A stretch of DNA of 64,000 nt from contig CAZUGI010000002.1 in NCBI GenBank assembly GCA_964619855.1, positions 1,159 through 65,158 on the forward strand, given 5' to 3'. Both the position numbers and the translations under genes were made by a program. Origin of the DNA: an uncultured Geobacter sp. (GTDB lineage: Bacteria; Desulfobacterota; Desulfuromonadia; Geobacterales; Pseudopelobacteraceae). The notes below the pieces were generated by a model. That model made no database searches. It saw nothing but the letters and a program-made list of their open reading frames with translations, and had not been told where the DNA came from. Below, piece by piece: positions 18,893 to 28,647 of the stretch. Numbering within the stretch: position 1 is the stretch's first letter; the number at the start of each line of letters is the position of its first letter.

Positions 18893-21493
18893 TCAAATTG
18901 TTTCCGGTGTTGCAATCGCGGAACTATAGTTGTCGGAACTTAAAACAAGTTCAGTAAATCCGTCAACAGAGAGAGGTTTGCTGAAATAGAAACCCTGCAC
19001 CTCTTCACAGCGGTGATTTCTTAGAAAATTGAGCTGTTCAACGGTTTCCACCCCTTCTGCTATGATGGATAATCCCAGACTGTGCGCCATTGCAACAATG
19101 GCGCGGATTATTACAGCTTTATTGCCGTTGCCGATCTCCTTCACAAAAGATCGATCCACCTTGAGTATGTCGAGCGGAAACTGTTGCAGGCAGTTGAGTG
19201 ATGAATATCCGGTTCCAAAATCATCAATAGAAAGCGATATCCCCAGTTCTTTGAGAGCAAGCATCTTCTCAATAGAATCTTCAACATTGTTCATCATCAG
19301 ACTCTCAGTTACTTCCAGATCCAGATTGGCCGCAGTAATTCCGGTTTCATCAAGCACATTACGAACCATCTCCACAAGGTCACTTTGACCGAATTGCCGA
19401 GGCGAGAGGTTAACCGCCATCCGGAGCGGTGGAACACCCTGATCCGCCCAGATTTTATATTGAATACAGGCTGTTCTGATGGCCCATTCTCCAATCGGCA
19501 CAATCAGACCTGTATGTTCGGCAACCGGTATGAAATCAACTGGCGAGACCGCCCCGAGCTCTTTGTTAGTCCAGCGAAGAAGCGCCTCCATCCCTACAAT
19601 ACCGCCGGATGCCAATTCAATCTGCGGTTGGTACTGTAGACTAAATTCGTTCCTTTCCAAGGCATGCCTGAGCTGCGACTCGATTATAAGGCGCTTGGAT
19701 ATTTTTTTATTCATCTCATCGGCAAAAAACTGTATGCCGTTCCTGCCATGCTCCTTAACGTGATACATGGCAGTATCAGCCTTTTTGAAAAGGCTTTCCG
19801 GATCCAGCCCGTCTTCCGGGTATTGCGATATCCCGATACTGGCAGTTACATTAATCTCCTGCCCTTGCAGGATATAAGGTTTTGCAATTTCCTCCAATAT
19901 GCGGTTGGCGATGGTAACCAGGCCCTCACAGTGATCGGTGGCAGTCATTACGGCTACAAATTCATCACCGCCTATCCGTGCGATTGTATCACTCGCCCGA
20001 ATCAATTCCTGGAGTCTTTGTGAGACCTTTATCAGTAGCTGGTCACCAAAAGAATGGCCCAGTGTGTCGTTTATGACTTTAAAATGATCCAGGTCCAGCA
20101 ACATGAGCGCGAGCGAATTCTTCTTTCGCCCCGAAATGGCAACTGCCTGGGACAGGCGATCATTCAGCAGGTTACGATTGGGAAGGCCGGTAAGCGGATC
20201 GTGGTTGGCCTGAAACATCAGCTGCTCTTCAAAGTTTTTCCTGTCCGTTACGTTATGTACGATAAATGTTAGGACCGTTTGTCCCAAGTAACTGATGCTG
20301 CTGCCACTGACTTCAGCAAACAGCTTGTCTCCCGATCTATGGCGAAGTTTCAGCTCACGGGTTTGCGAGAGCGTCCTGGCCAGTTCTTCATCCAGTTCAC
20401 TACCCTGACTGTCGAAAAATTCCAAAAGTGAGCATCCACGCATTTCCTGTACTGTCAGGCCGGTGAGTGAGGCAAAGGCGGCGTTTGCGTCAAGAATGAA
20501 ATATTTTTCGGACGTTGCAAGAACGATCCCTTCAGCGGCCTGGTCCACAAGTGTGTGATATCTCATTTCCGACTCACGCTGCATTCGCAGAGATTCTGTC
20601 AGACGCGTCAAAATGATGTATATGCCCGCTGCAGAAAGGGTAATCACTACTGCAAACATAGCCAGGAAAAACCAGATTGTACGCTGGCCTTGCTGGAAAA
20701 TGCTGCGCGGTGCATCAACTCTCAACAGGAGAGCGTCTTTACCGTAAATATCACGGAAGAGACCATAGCCGCTGATCATCTCTTCCTGAGTTTCAACATG
20801 AGTGTCATTACGAGTTTCAAGGATTGTCTGGAGTGCTTTGTTATCATCAGGTGACCGGTCCGGATCTTTCAGCGACATCACCTGTAACGAGCGCTGTGTT
20901 CTTTTTGCAATGGCCTTCAATTCCTGAGCATCAAGATAACGTGCCATAACAAGTGTCCCTTGCGCGGGACCCCTATACTGACTTGTGAGGACTGGCCGTG
21001 ATGTCAACATCAGAACGCCGGATGGTATATTGAGAATACCTTTTACCGAAGCATCAACCGACTTGTGCGTTAAATGCGTCAAACCTGGATTAAGGTGAGG
21101 CATCAGGTCATCCGGCAATGGCAATTCACGACCGCGGCGATAATCGAAAAACCTGCTGAAGACAGTGTCTCCGGCTGGATTTAAAAAGACAATCAGATTG
21201 AGTCTCTGCTTTATAAACACGGCATCGGCAAGATTGGTTCTGATGAAAGAAGTATTGCCATTTTGCACGAAAGAGTAAGCTTCATCCCACCCTGAGTAAT
21301 CACTGTTAATCGTGTCAATATGATCCAGCTCAATCTGAATGCTTTGCTTGGCGCGGACAATCTCTGTCTGCATCAGCCTGGATTCAAGATTTGAAAAGCT
21401 GTCAAGAAAAAGCCACCGCGACCCTGCTGCAAAAAATATCAGCAGGAGTCCGAGGATCAGGATTGCAATTATGGTTTTGGTACGGATGCGCAT
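18893..21493 (-). CDS. membrane sensor CHASE4-PAS-GGDEF-EAL protein (c-di-GMP synthase/phosphodiesterase)
   Basis: 866 aa. TM, then a periplasmic CHASE4-like segment (YSGWDEAYSFVQNGN), a second TM, PAS (YHTLVDQAAEGIVL), an intact GGDEF (RIGGDEFV), and an intact EAL (EALLRW, DDFGTGYSSL). Confidence 0.9.
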   Translation of the reverse strand: MRIRTKTIIAILILGLLLIFFAAGSRWLFLDSFSNLESRLMQTEIVRAKQSIQIELDHIDTINSDYSGWDEAYSFVQNGNTSFIRTNLADAVFIKQRLNLIVFLNPAGDTVFSRFFDYRRGRELPLPDDLMPHLNPGLTHLTHKSVDASVKGILNIPSGVLMLTSRPVLTSQYRGPAQGTLVMARYLDAQELKAIAKRTQRSLQVMSLKDPDRSPDDNKALQTILETRNDTHVETQEEMISGYGLFRDIYGKDALLLRVDAPRSIFQQGQRTIWFFLAMFAVVITLSAAGIYIILTRLTESLRMQRESEMRYHTLVDQAAEGIVLATSEKYFILDANAAFASLTGLTVQEMRGCSLLEFFDSQGSELDEELARTLSQTRELKLRHRSGDKLFAEVSGSSISYLGQTVLTFIVHNVTDRKNFEEQLMFQANHDPLTGLPNRNLLNDRLSQAVAISGRKKNSLALMLLDLDHFKVINDTLGHSFGDQLLIKVSQRLQELIRASDTIARIGGDEFVAVMTATDHCEGLVTIANRILEEIAKPYILQGQEINVTASIGISQYPEDGLDPESLFKKADTAMYHVKEHGRNGIQFFADEMNKKISKRLIIESQLRHALERNEFSLQYQPQIELASGGIVGMEALLRWTNKELGAVSPVDFIPVAEHTGLIVPIGEWAIRTACIQYKIWADQGVPPLRMAVNLSPRQFGQSDLVEMVRNVLDETGITAANLDLEVTESLMMNNVEDSIEKMLALKELGISLSIDDFGTGYSSLNCLQQFPLDILKVDRSFVKEIGNGNKAVIIRAIVAMAHSLGLSIIAEGVETVEQLNFLRNHRCEEVQGFYFSKPLSVDGFTELVLSSDNYSSAIATPETI

Positions 21494-21636
21494 AACCTGT
21501 CCCTACAAAGGAGAAGCTAAGAAACTCTAATTGTCCGTAATCAGTATAGCAGAGAAAAAATATTTTTCCGGTTGAGGGGATTTTTTTATAAGTTTATCCG
21601 GGAAGGGGTATGATGCGGACGTGCGTGGCAGACAAC

Positions 21637-21664
21637 AAAAAGCCGGCGAAAAACCGGCTTTTTA
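21637..21664 (-). terminator. rho-independent terminator downstream of ackA
   Basis: AAAAAGCCGG-cgaaaaa-CCGGCTTTTT: a 6-7 bp GC stem flanked by A5/T5, so it could work in both directions. Lies 24 nt after the ackA stop. Confidence 0.6.
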
Positions 21665-21687
21665 AAGCTGAAATGTTAGGTATGACG

Positions 21688-22953
21688 TTATTTTCTGACA
21701 AAATCCTTTTTTGCGAACGAATATTCGAAATTCATATGGTCGGTATAGGTGCCGTTTAGAATTGCCACGACATCTTCCGTGAACACCAGTTCCTCATCGG
21801 TCGGGATGACATAAACTTTTACCGGAGAATCGTCGGTTGTGATCAGTGTCTCACGTTTTCGGGTCATGGCGCTCTTGTTACGCTCTCGATCCAGAATGAT
21901 GCCGATATGATCCAGACCCTCAATGGCTTTTTCGCGGATCGGAGCACCCATCTCGCCAACACCAGCGGTAAATACGACAGCATCCAGCTTGCCAACCGCC
22001 GCCATGAATGCACCGATATATTTTTTCAATCGATAGGCTTCAATTTCCAATGAAAGCTGACAGCGTTTGTCTCCGGCATTGGCATGTTCAATGACATCGC
22101 GACGATCGGTAAATCTGCCGGTTACGCCCATGACACCGCTCTTTTTGTTGAGTATGCTGTCAATCTCTTTGGCAGACAGATTCTCCTTCTGCATCATGAA
22201 GGCCGGGATGGCAGGATCTATATCCCCGCAACGGGTACCCATCACGGCGCCTTCCAGCGGGGTGAGCCCCATAGTAGTGTCAACCGAAATGCCGTTCTTG
22301 ATGGCGCAGTGCGAAACTCCGTTGCCGATGTGCATGGTGATGATATTGGTGTCACTCGATTTTTTGCCTAACAGGACCGCTGCACGTTTTGATACATACA
22401 GATGCGAAGTGCCATGAAATCCGTAGCGGCGAACCTGGTGCTTTTCATACCATTCGTACGGAAGCGGATAAATATAGGCGTGCTCCGGCATGGTCTGATG
22501 GAAGGCTGTGTCAAAAATGGCAATGTGCGGCACTGTAGGCATGAGGGTCTTTGCGGCTTCGATCCCTTCAATATTCGGTGGATTATGGAGTGGGGCAAGA
22601 TGCTGAACCTCTTTGACGGCATCCAGAACATTATCGTCAATCATTACCGAACAGGTGAATTTTTCGCCGCCATGCACGACTCGGTGACCAACGGCAGATA
22701 TCTCGTCAACGCTCTTAAGAACACCGTGCAGCGGATCTGTAACGGTTTTGATCAGAAGATCAATAGCAGCCTGATGGTTTGAGCAGTCCTGCTGATGGTG
22801 GTAATTTTCCCGACCCGGTACTTCATGCAGAATAAAAGAGTCGCCGACAATGACCCGCTCAACCATGCCCTTGGCAACCACTTCCATTTTTTCCCAGTCA
22901 AAAAGCTGATATTTTACCGAAGAGCTTCCGCAGTTAAGTGCCATGATAATCAT
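21688..22953 (-). CDS. ackA: acetate kinase
   Basis: The ORF runs to 22968, but GGAGGA (22963..22958) followed by TAAC-ATG favours a start at 22953 (MIIMALNCGSSSVKYQLF). Also GHR.VHGG, FDTAFH, RYGFHGTSH, GNG.S and EL.F..GIGE-like motifs. Confidence 0.93.
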   Translation of the reverse strand: MIIMALNCGSSSVKYQLFDWEKMEVVAKGMVERVIVGDSFILHEVPGRENYHHQQDCSNHQAAIDLLIKTVTDPLHGVLKSVDEISAVGHRVVHGGEKFTCSVMIDDNVLDAVKEVQHLAPLHNPPNIEGIEAAKTLMPTVPHIAIFDTAFHQTMPEHAYIYPLPYEWYEKHQVRRYGFHGTSHLYVSKRAAVLLGKKSSDTNIITMHIGNGVSHCAIKNGISVDTTMGLTPLEGAVMGTRCGDIDPAIPAFMMQKENLSAKEIDSILNKKSGVMGVTGRFTDRRDVIEHANAGDKRCQLSLEIEAYRLKKYIGAFMAAVGKLDAVVFTAGVGEMGAPIREKAIEGLDHIGIILDRERNKSAMTRKRETLITTDDSPVKVYVIPTDEELVFTEDVVAILNGTYTDHMNFEYSFAKKDFVRK

Positions 22954-23175
22954 GTTATCCTCCATCAAACAAGCAGTGATTTATTTACAATTTAAATAAA
23001 AAAATAACACTCAAACTAAAACAACTAACTGAAATTAAAACGGTTTTGACTTATACACGAGACTAGAATCGAATTCAACAAAATTTGTGTCTGATTCAGG
23101 AGCCAGAATAAACAGGGCATAAATTATTCCGAATTCTACTACTCGATTCTGTATTCTGAATATTTACGATTTAGG

Positions 23176-23204
23176 TTGATAAAACAAGGGCTCTTGCCTA
23201 TAAT
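23176..23204 (+). promoter_or_regulatory. near-consensus sigma70 promoter for tmk-holB-ricT-metG (TTGATA-N17-TATAAT)
   Basis: TTGATA 23176..23181, a 17-nt spacer, TATAAT 23199..23204. About 54 nt upstream of the tmk GTG, in an AT-rich 289-bp divergent spacer. Confidence 0.45.
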
Positions 23205-23257
23205 TCACCACTTTAAAGACGCTTAAAGGACTATGAGTGAGATCAGGGTGACCCTAG

Positions 23258-23914
23258 GTGGGATATTTCATTACATTTGAAGGAGTTGAAGGGAGCGGAA
23301 AGACCACCCAGATAAGATTGCTGGCTGAGCGCTTAACCGCCCACGGCTTCAGTGTTACATCGACCCGCGAACCTGGCGGCTGTGCCATTGCAGACAAAAT
23401 CAGGTCTATCCTGCTGGATGCCGATAACCGGGATATGTCACCAATGACTGAACTGATGCTGTATGCCGCCGCACGGGCACAGCACGTCAGCGATGTCGTA
23501 ATTCCCGCCCTGAATGCTGGCAGCATAGTGTTGTGCGACCGGTTTTGCGATGCGACTGTCGCCTATCAGAGTTTCGGGCGCGGCATCGATCGCGGCGTCA
23601 TTGACATACTGAACTGCCATGCCTGCCAGGGGGTTACACCAAACCTGACATTGCTGATTGATTGCGATCCTTCTGTTGGCCTGGCACGGGCCAGAGCCAG
23701 AATAGAAGCATCCAGCGGACCTCGTGAAGAGCGCTTCGAGCTGGAAGAACTGGCTTTCCACCAACGGGTACGTGAGGGCTATAAGCGCCTGGCTGCGGAA
23801 CAATCACATCGTTTTATTACACTTGAGGGCAATGATTCAGTTGAGGATATTGCCACATTGACTGCGGTGCAGGTGTTGGCGAGAATCCCGGAGGATTTGC
23901 GTGCCGTTTGCTGA
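23258..23914 (+). CDS. tmk: thymidylate kinase
   Basis: FITFEG.EGSGKTTQ (P-loop), TREPGG, LL.AARAQH, DRF..ST.AYQ; GTG start. Confidence 0.93.
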   Translation: MGYFITFEGVEGSGKTTQIRLLAERLTAHGFSVTSTREPGGCAIADKIRSILLDADNRDMSPMTELMLYAAARAQHVSDVVIPALNAGSIVLCDRFCDATVAYQSFGRGIDRGVIDILNCHACQGVTPNLTLLIDCDPSVGLARARARIEASSGPREERFELEELAFHQRVREGYKRLAAEQSHRFITLEGNDSVEDIATLTAVQVLARIPEDLRAVC

Positions 23915-24875
23915 AATTCTGGGGCATGAAAGGATTGTGGAGGTCTTCAGGCGTTCACTGCGTACCGGCAAGACATCCCATTCATATCTTTTCGAGGGAG
24001 TTTCGGGTTGCGGGCGAAAAAAGACTGCTCTGGCACTGATTCAGGCTCTTTTTTGCAGCGTTTTACCGGACGACGCCTGTGGCGAATGTCCATCATGCCG
24101 AAAAGTAGCAGGCGGCAATCATGGAGATATCCATTTTATTGAACCGCTGGCCGACAAGCGCGACATCAGTATCGAGCAATTGCGGGCCATGCAGCGTGAG
24201 CTTTCCCTGCGTCCCTATGAGGCTCCAAGAAAAGCCTGCATCATAGAACCGGCTGAAAGGATGAGTATCAACGCTGCCAACTCATTGCTAAAAACTCTGG
24301 AGGAACCGCCCGGCAGCGCCATTATAATCCTGTTGACAGAAAACGTCGGTATGCTGCTGCCGACAATTCGATCTCGCTGCCAGTTGATACGCTTTTCAAA
24401 CCTGTCGCCGGAAAATATTCAGACACTACTGGAACGTTCAGGAATTGCAACTGAAACTGCCTGCCTGCTGGCCCCCATGTCTGGCGGAAGTATGCAACAG
24501 GCTCTGGAACTTGACGACGATTCCCTGACCGCCCGACGGGAACTGCTGCTTACAACTCTTGATCAATTGGATATCAACCGAATTGGAACAGTTTTTAACG
24601 CATCCGAGACACTTTCCGGCAGTCGGGATGAAACACTTGAAACTCTTGATATGCTGATTTCGTTTTTTCGGGATGCAGTGCACATTGCATCAGGATGCCC
24701 TGACATCATAAACCGGAACGTGGCAACAGCAATAGAATCACTCTCCAGGCGCCGACGGTTATCGCGCAATCTGGAACTGCTTGAAGAAATATATGCAACA
24801 CGGCGGGCCATTCAGAAAAATGCCAATTCAAAGTTGGCACTTGACCATCTGTTCATGAATATCGCCGCCGTATAA
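23901..24875 (+). CDS. holB: DNA polymerase III delta' subunit
   Basis: HSYLFEG.SGCGRKK (degenerate P-loop), Zn module C..C..C, NSLLKTLEEPP, and TIRSRCQ (SRC motif). GTG start with a GGAGGA RBS; 14-nt overlap with tmk. Confidence 0.85.
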   Translation: MPFAEILGHERIVEVFRRSLRTGKTSHSYLFEGVSGCGRKKTALALIQALFCSVLPDDACGECPSCRKVAGGNHGDIHFIEPLADKRDISIEQLRAMQRELSLRPYEAPRKACIIEPAERMSINAANSLLKTLEEPPGSAIIILLTENVGMLLPTIRSRCQLIRFSNLSPENIQTLLERSGIATETACLLAPMSGGSMQQALELDDDSLTARRELLLTTLDQLDINRIGTVFNASETLSGSRDETLETLDMLISFFRDAVHIASGCPDIINRNVATAIESLSRRRRLSRNLELLEEIYATRRAIQKNANSKLALDHLFMNIAAV

Positions 24876-24908
24876 ACCCAGGAGCACTGCAGAATTCAGG
24901 AGGTTTTT

Positions 24909-26027
24909 TTGTCACGTATTGTAACCATTCAGTTTGTAAGAGCAGGCAAAATGTACGATTTTGATGCCAGAGACCTTGAACTTGTCCAGGGAGACCATGT
25001 TATTGTAGAGACAGAGCGCGGCCTTGGTATTGGACAGGTAATCAAAGTGCCTGTAGAAAAAGAACCGGCTACAACTGCCAATCTCGTTGCTATCAAGAGA
25101 AAAGCCACTGCCGATGACATGGCAACGCTGCAGATAATTTCACAAAAAGAAAAAGAGGCTTTCGACTTCTGCGCCAAAAGGATTGTTGAGCGCAATATGC
25201 CGATGAAACTGGTACGGGCTGAATACCAGTTTGACAGCAGCAAGGCGGTCTTTTTCTTTACCGCCGACGGCCGGGTTGACTTCCGTGACCTGGTAAAAGA
25301 TTTGGCTCACACCTTTCACACACGCATTGAAATGCGTCAGATCGGGGTGCGAGACGAATCCAAGATGATCGGCGGCATTGGAATCTGCGGTCGCGAACTC
25401 TGCTGCTGTTCGTTTCTGCGCGATTTTCAGCCGGTATCGGTCAAGATGGCCAAAGAACAGAATCTGGCACTCAATCCCAATAAGATTTCAGGTCAGTGTG
25501 GCCGTTTGCTTTGTTGCCTCGATTATGAATACGAGACCTATTGCAGCCTGCGTAAAAACTTTCCAAAAACCGGCAAGCGCGTCAGAACAGTCAATGCGGT
25601 CGGGGTTACCGATAAAGTCAACATTCTGACCGGTAACATAACCCTCAAGCTCGATGACAATAAAATCATCATGATCAGGCGTGAGGATATTATCGGCGAC
25701 GGTGGGGCGGCACCTGAAGCACCGCCTCAACGGACCGAGTCTTCAACACCCGTTCGTAACGGCCTGCGGGATAGGGATCAACGCCAGAACCAGCGGCGTA
25801 ACCTGGAGAAAAGAGCCGAGCAATCTGAATCAACACCTGCGCCCACTGATGACAATGCACCTGTCGTCACTGTGGCGTCAGATAATACGGGAGCACAGAC
25901 TCAACAGGATGCGCCTAAAACCGGGCAAGGACGGAAGAAACACCGCTCTCGCAAACATGGTCACCGTAAACCGCACGGAGGCGGCAATCCTGGCGGTGGA
26001 ACATCGTCACCTTCATCAGGAGCATGA
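24909..26027 (+). CDS. ricT: PSP1/RicT (YaaT-like) domain protein with a long disordered basic C-terminal tail
   Basis: PSP1 C-terminal domain (FRDLVKDL...RIEMRQIG.RDE.K..GG.G.CGRELCC..FL) and a conserved position after holB. The last ~100 aa are low-complexity (QRQNQRRN..., GRKKHRSRKHGHRKPHGGGNPGGG). TTG start. Confidence 0.8.
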   Translation: MSRIVTIQFVRAGKMYDFDARDLELVQGDHVIVETERGLGIGQVIKVPVEKEPATTANLVAIKRKATADDMATLQIISQKEKEAFDFCAKRIVERNMPMKLVRAEYQFDSSKAVFFFTADGRVDFRDLVKDLAHTFHTRIEMRQIGVRDESKMIGGIGICGRELCCCSFLRDFQPVSVKMAKEQNLALNPNKISGQCGRLLCCLDYEYETYCSLRKNFPKTGKRVRTVNAVGVTDKVNILTGNITLKLDDNKIIMIRREDIIGDGGAAPEAPPQRTESSTPVRNGLRDRDQRQNQRRNLEKRAEQSESTPAPTDDNAPVVTVASDNTGAQTQQDAPKTGQGRKKHRSRKHGHRKPHGGGNPGGGTSSPSSGA

Positions 26028-26030
26028 TAT

Positions 26031-27551
26031 ATGAAACCAACTTTTTACGTAACAACTCCCATCTATTACGTTAACGACGTACCGCATATCGGCCACGCCT
26101 ACACCACTGTTGCCGGCGATGTCCTGGCCCGCTACAAAAGGCTGATGGGATTTGATGTCTATTTTCTGACCGGCAGTGATGAACATGGGCAGAAGGTTGA
26201 AAAAGCCGCCATTACGGCCGGAGAAACTCCGCTCGAACTTGCCGATCGTGTGGTAAAGCGCTTTCAAGCGCTGTGGGAACGCCTTGGAATATCGCACAAT
26301 GATTTTATCCGCACCACCCAGGAGCGCCACAAAAAGGGCGTCAGCCGGATATTTAACAATATCCTTGAAAAAGGCGATATTTACCTTGGAGAATATGAAG
26401 ACTGGTACTGCACCCCCTGTGAAACCTTCTGGACCGAGACCCAGTTGATAGAGGGGCGCTGTCCGGACTGCAACCGCCCGGTCGAGAAACTGAAAGAAGA
26501 GTCCTACTTTTTCCGCATGAGTAAATATCAGGAGCAACTTTTGGCCCACATTGAGGCCAACCCTGACTTCATCCAGCCAAAAAGCAAGCGTAACGAAATC
26601 ATCTCCTTCATAAATGAAGGACTGCGCGACCTCTCGGTCTCCCGCACAACATTCACCTGGGGCATTCCGGTACCGGGCAACGACCGTCACATCATCTACG
26701 TCTGGTTCGATGCCTTGACCAACTATATTACGGCCCTCGGCTATCCTGATGAAGCCGGAAATTACGGCCGCTACTGGCCGGTGGATATTCACCTGATCGG
26801 CAAGGATATTCTCCGCTTCCACGCCGTCTACTGGCCTACCTTCCTGATGGCGGCCGGTCTGCCGCTACCGAAAAAAGTATTTGCCCACGGCTGGTGGACA
26901 GTCGAAGGTCAGAAGATGAGTAAAAGTCTGCAGAATGTGGTCGAGCCAAACATGCTGATTGACAGGTACGGCGTGGACGTGGTGCGCTACTTCCTGCTGC
27001 GCGAAGTGCCGTTCGGACTGGACGGTGACTTTTCACACAGCGCACTGGTCAACCGGCTCAACTCCGACCTTGCCAACGATATCGGCAACCTGCTTTCTCG
27101 TTCGACCGCCATGGCGGTAAAATATTTTGACGGCAAACTTCCGGAGGCATCGGAATTAACCGACATGGATCAGGCACTAAAGCAGAAAACAGAGGAGATG
27201 GTCGGGATCGTTGATAAATTCATCAATGAATTGGCCTTCAGCAAGGCACTGCAAGCAATCTGGGATGTAATCTCGGCCGGCAATAAATACATTGACGATA
27301 CTGCCCCCTGGACGCTGGCCAAAGATCCGGCCAACGCCAGACAGCTTGCCACGGTCATGTACTGCCTGCTCGAATCGCAACGGATTATACACTGCATACT
27401 GTCGGCTTTTCTTCCGGCGACAGCCGAAAAAGCACTTGGTTCTCTGGGGTGGAGTGAATACATCACGAAAGACGCACTGATCTGGGGCGGGCTGAAAGCG
27501 GGAACTGAAATCAAAAAGATTGAGGCACTTTTTCCGAGGTTTGAAGGCTAG
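26031..27551 (+). CDS. metG: methionine--tRNA ligase (short form, no C-terminal dimerisation domain)
   Basis: PIYYVNDVPHIGHAY (HIGH), Zn knuckle C.PC...C.DC, KMSKS (QKMSKSLQN); 506 aa. Confidence 0.95.
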   Translation: MKPTFYVTTPIYYVNDVPHIGHAYTTVAGDVLARYKRLMGFDVYFLTGSDEHGQKVEKAAITAGETPLELADRVVKRFQALWERLGISHNDFIRTTQERHKKGVSRIFNNILEKGDIYLGEYEDWYCTPCETFWTETQLIEGRCPDCNRPVEKLKEESYFFRMSKYQEQLLAHIEANPDFIQPKSKRNEIISFINEGLRDLSVSRTTFTWGIPVPGNDRHIIYVWFDALTNYITALGYPDEAGNYGRYWPVDIHLIGKDILRFHAVYWPTFLMAAGLPLPKKVFAHGWWTVEGQKMSKSLQNVVEPNMLIDRYGVDVVRYFLLREVPFGLDGDFSHSALVNRLNSDLANDIGNLLSRSTAMAVKYFDGKLPEASELTDMDQALKQKTEEMVGIVDKFINELAFSKALQAIWDVISAGNKYIDDTAPWTLAKDPANARQLATVMYCLLESQRIIHCILSAFLPATAEKALGSLGWSEYITKDALIWGGLKAGTEIKKIEALFPRFEG

Positions 27552-28626
27552 CTACCCTTTTGTTTAATTGGAACAGGGCAGCCGCCACAACCTCATCCGG
27601 TGTTATCTCAACCATACAGCGGACACCGTTGGGACAGGGTGGTATTGTTCCGAATCGACTGCAGGGAGAGCAGGCAAGACTTCGATTCAGCACAGTATGC
27701 TTCTCACCCCGAGGAGCCCATTTGGCCGCATTACCAGGCCCGAAAAGCGAAACCGTTGGAATATCCAGCCCCGCTGCCAGATGCAGCACCCCGGAATCTC
27801 CGCTGATCACCAGAGAGGAACGGGCTATCACCGCAGCGGTTTCTGCCAGAGTTGTCATTCCGGCCAGATTTAATCCCTGTACTCCGGCAATCAAATCCCC
27901 ATCTTCTTTATCCTCCCGACTGCCAACCACAACAATTTTGTAACCATTTTCTACAAGTCGCTTCGACACCTGACTAAAATGATCTACATCCCACCGCTTC
28001 TCAGGAATTGAGCCGCCGGGGAAAATGACAACAAATGCATCAGGGCTGATCGCGTGAAGCAATTGACCTGCTTTGGAAGCCGATTGAGGAGGCAGCGATA
28101 GAGCAATTGTATCCGGTTGACAGACAATCCCTATCGGCTTCAAAAGAGCCAGAAAATTATCAGGTTCATAGGCATCCGGATCATATTGCACGACATGTGT
28201 GAACATACGCCGCCGTTCGTTGGTGTCAAATCCGATCTTTAAAGGCGCTCTTACAAACCGCGCCACCACGGCCGACATTCGATACCACTGTTCGGTGTCT
28301 ATCACCGCATCATATTGACCCCGCAGCGCCTTGAAAAACTCCCGGGGAATGTCATAGCAAAGAACTTCGTCTACACCATGAACAAGCACAAAAACACCGG
28401 CATTACGCTGCTCGGCCAAAAGGGTGATATGGGTATGGGGATAGGTATTTTTGAGGGAGTTAATTACCGGTGCCAGCAGGACCGCATCGCCGATTCCGCC
28501 GGGACGGACGACCAGAACTCTCATTATTTTGTCAATTTTTCCGAATACAGGGCGAGGAATCAGCCGGCAGAAGGGGCGGCCAATAATCCTGTCGATTGAC
28601 TTTAATGCAGACGCAGCACCCATCAA
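27511..28626 (-). CDS. glycosyltransferase family 9 (heptosyltransferase-like)
   Basis: RVLVVRPGGIGDAVLLAPV, a C-terminal GD(S)G.LHLAA and PTV.LFGP. The start may be the internal ATG at 28524. The 3' end overlaps the convergent metG by 41 nt. Confidence 0.75.
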   Translation of the reverse strand: MMGAASALKSIDRIIGRPFCRLIPRPVFGKIDKIMRVLVVRPGGIGDAVLLAPVINSLKNTYPHTHITLLAEQRNAGVFVLVHGVDEVLCYDIPREFFKALRGQYDAVIDTEQWYRMSAVVARFVRAPLKIGFDTNERRRMFTHVVQYDPDAYEPDNFLALLKPIGIVCQPDTIALSLPPQSASKAGQLLHAISPDAFVVIFPGGSIPEKRWDVDHFSQVSKRLVENGYKIVVVGSREDKEDGDLIAGVQGLNLAGMTTLAETAAVIARSSLVISGDSGVLHLAAGLDIPTVSLFGPGNAAKWAPRGEKHTVLNRSLACSPCSRFGTIPPCPNGVRCMVEITPDEVVAAALFQLNKRVASLQTSEKVPQSF

Positions 28627-28647
28627 CAGCTCTCCAGATGAAATTTT

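Noticed and set aside
22969-23257. The AT-rich 289-bp ackA/tmk divergent spacer, examined for a tRNA, small RNA, CRISPR leader or IS remnant.
   Set aside because: There is no cloverleaf-like segment, no repeat-spacer periodicity and no terminal inverted repeats. Apart from the near-consensus sigma70 promoter, only weak imperfect palindromes (CTGATTCAG-like) are present.
26016-26822. A 268-aa minus-strand ORF antisense to metG.
   Set aside because: metG (HIGH/KMSKS motifs) occupies the region on the plus strand. The antisense ORF has no recognisable domain.
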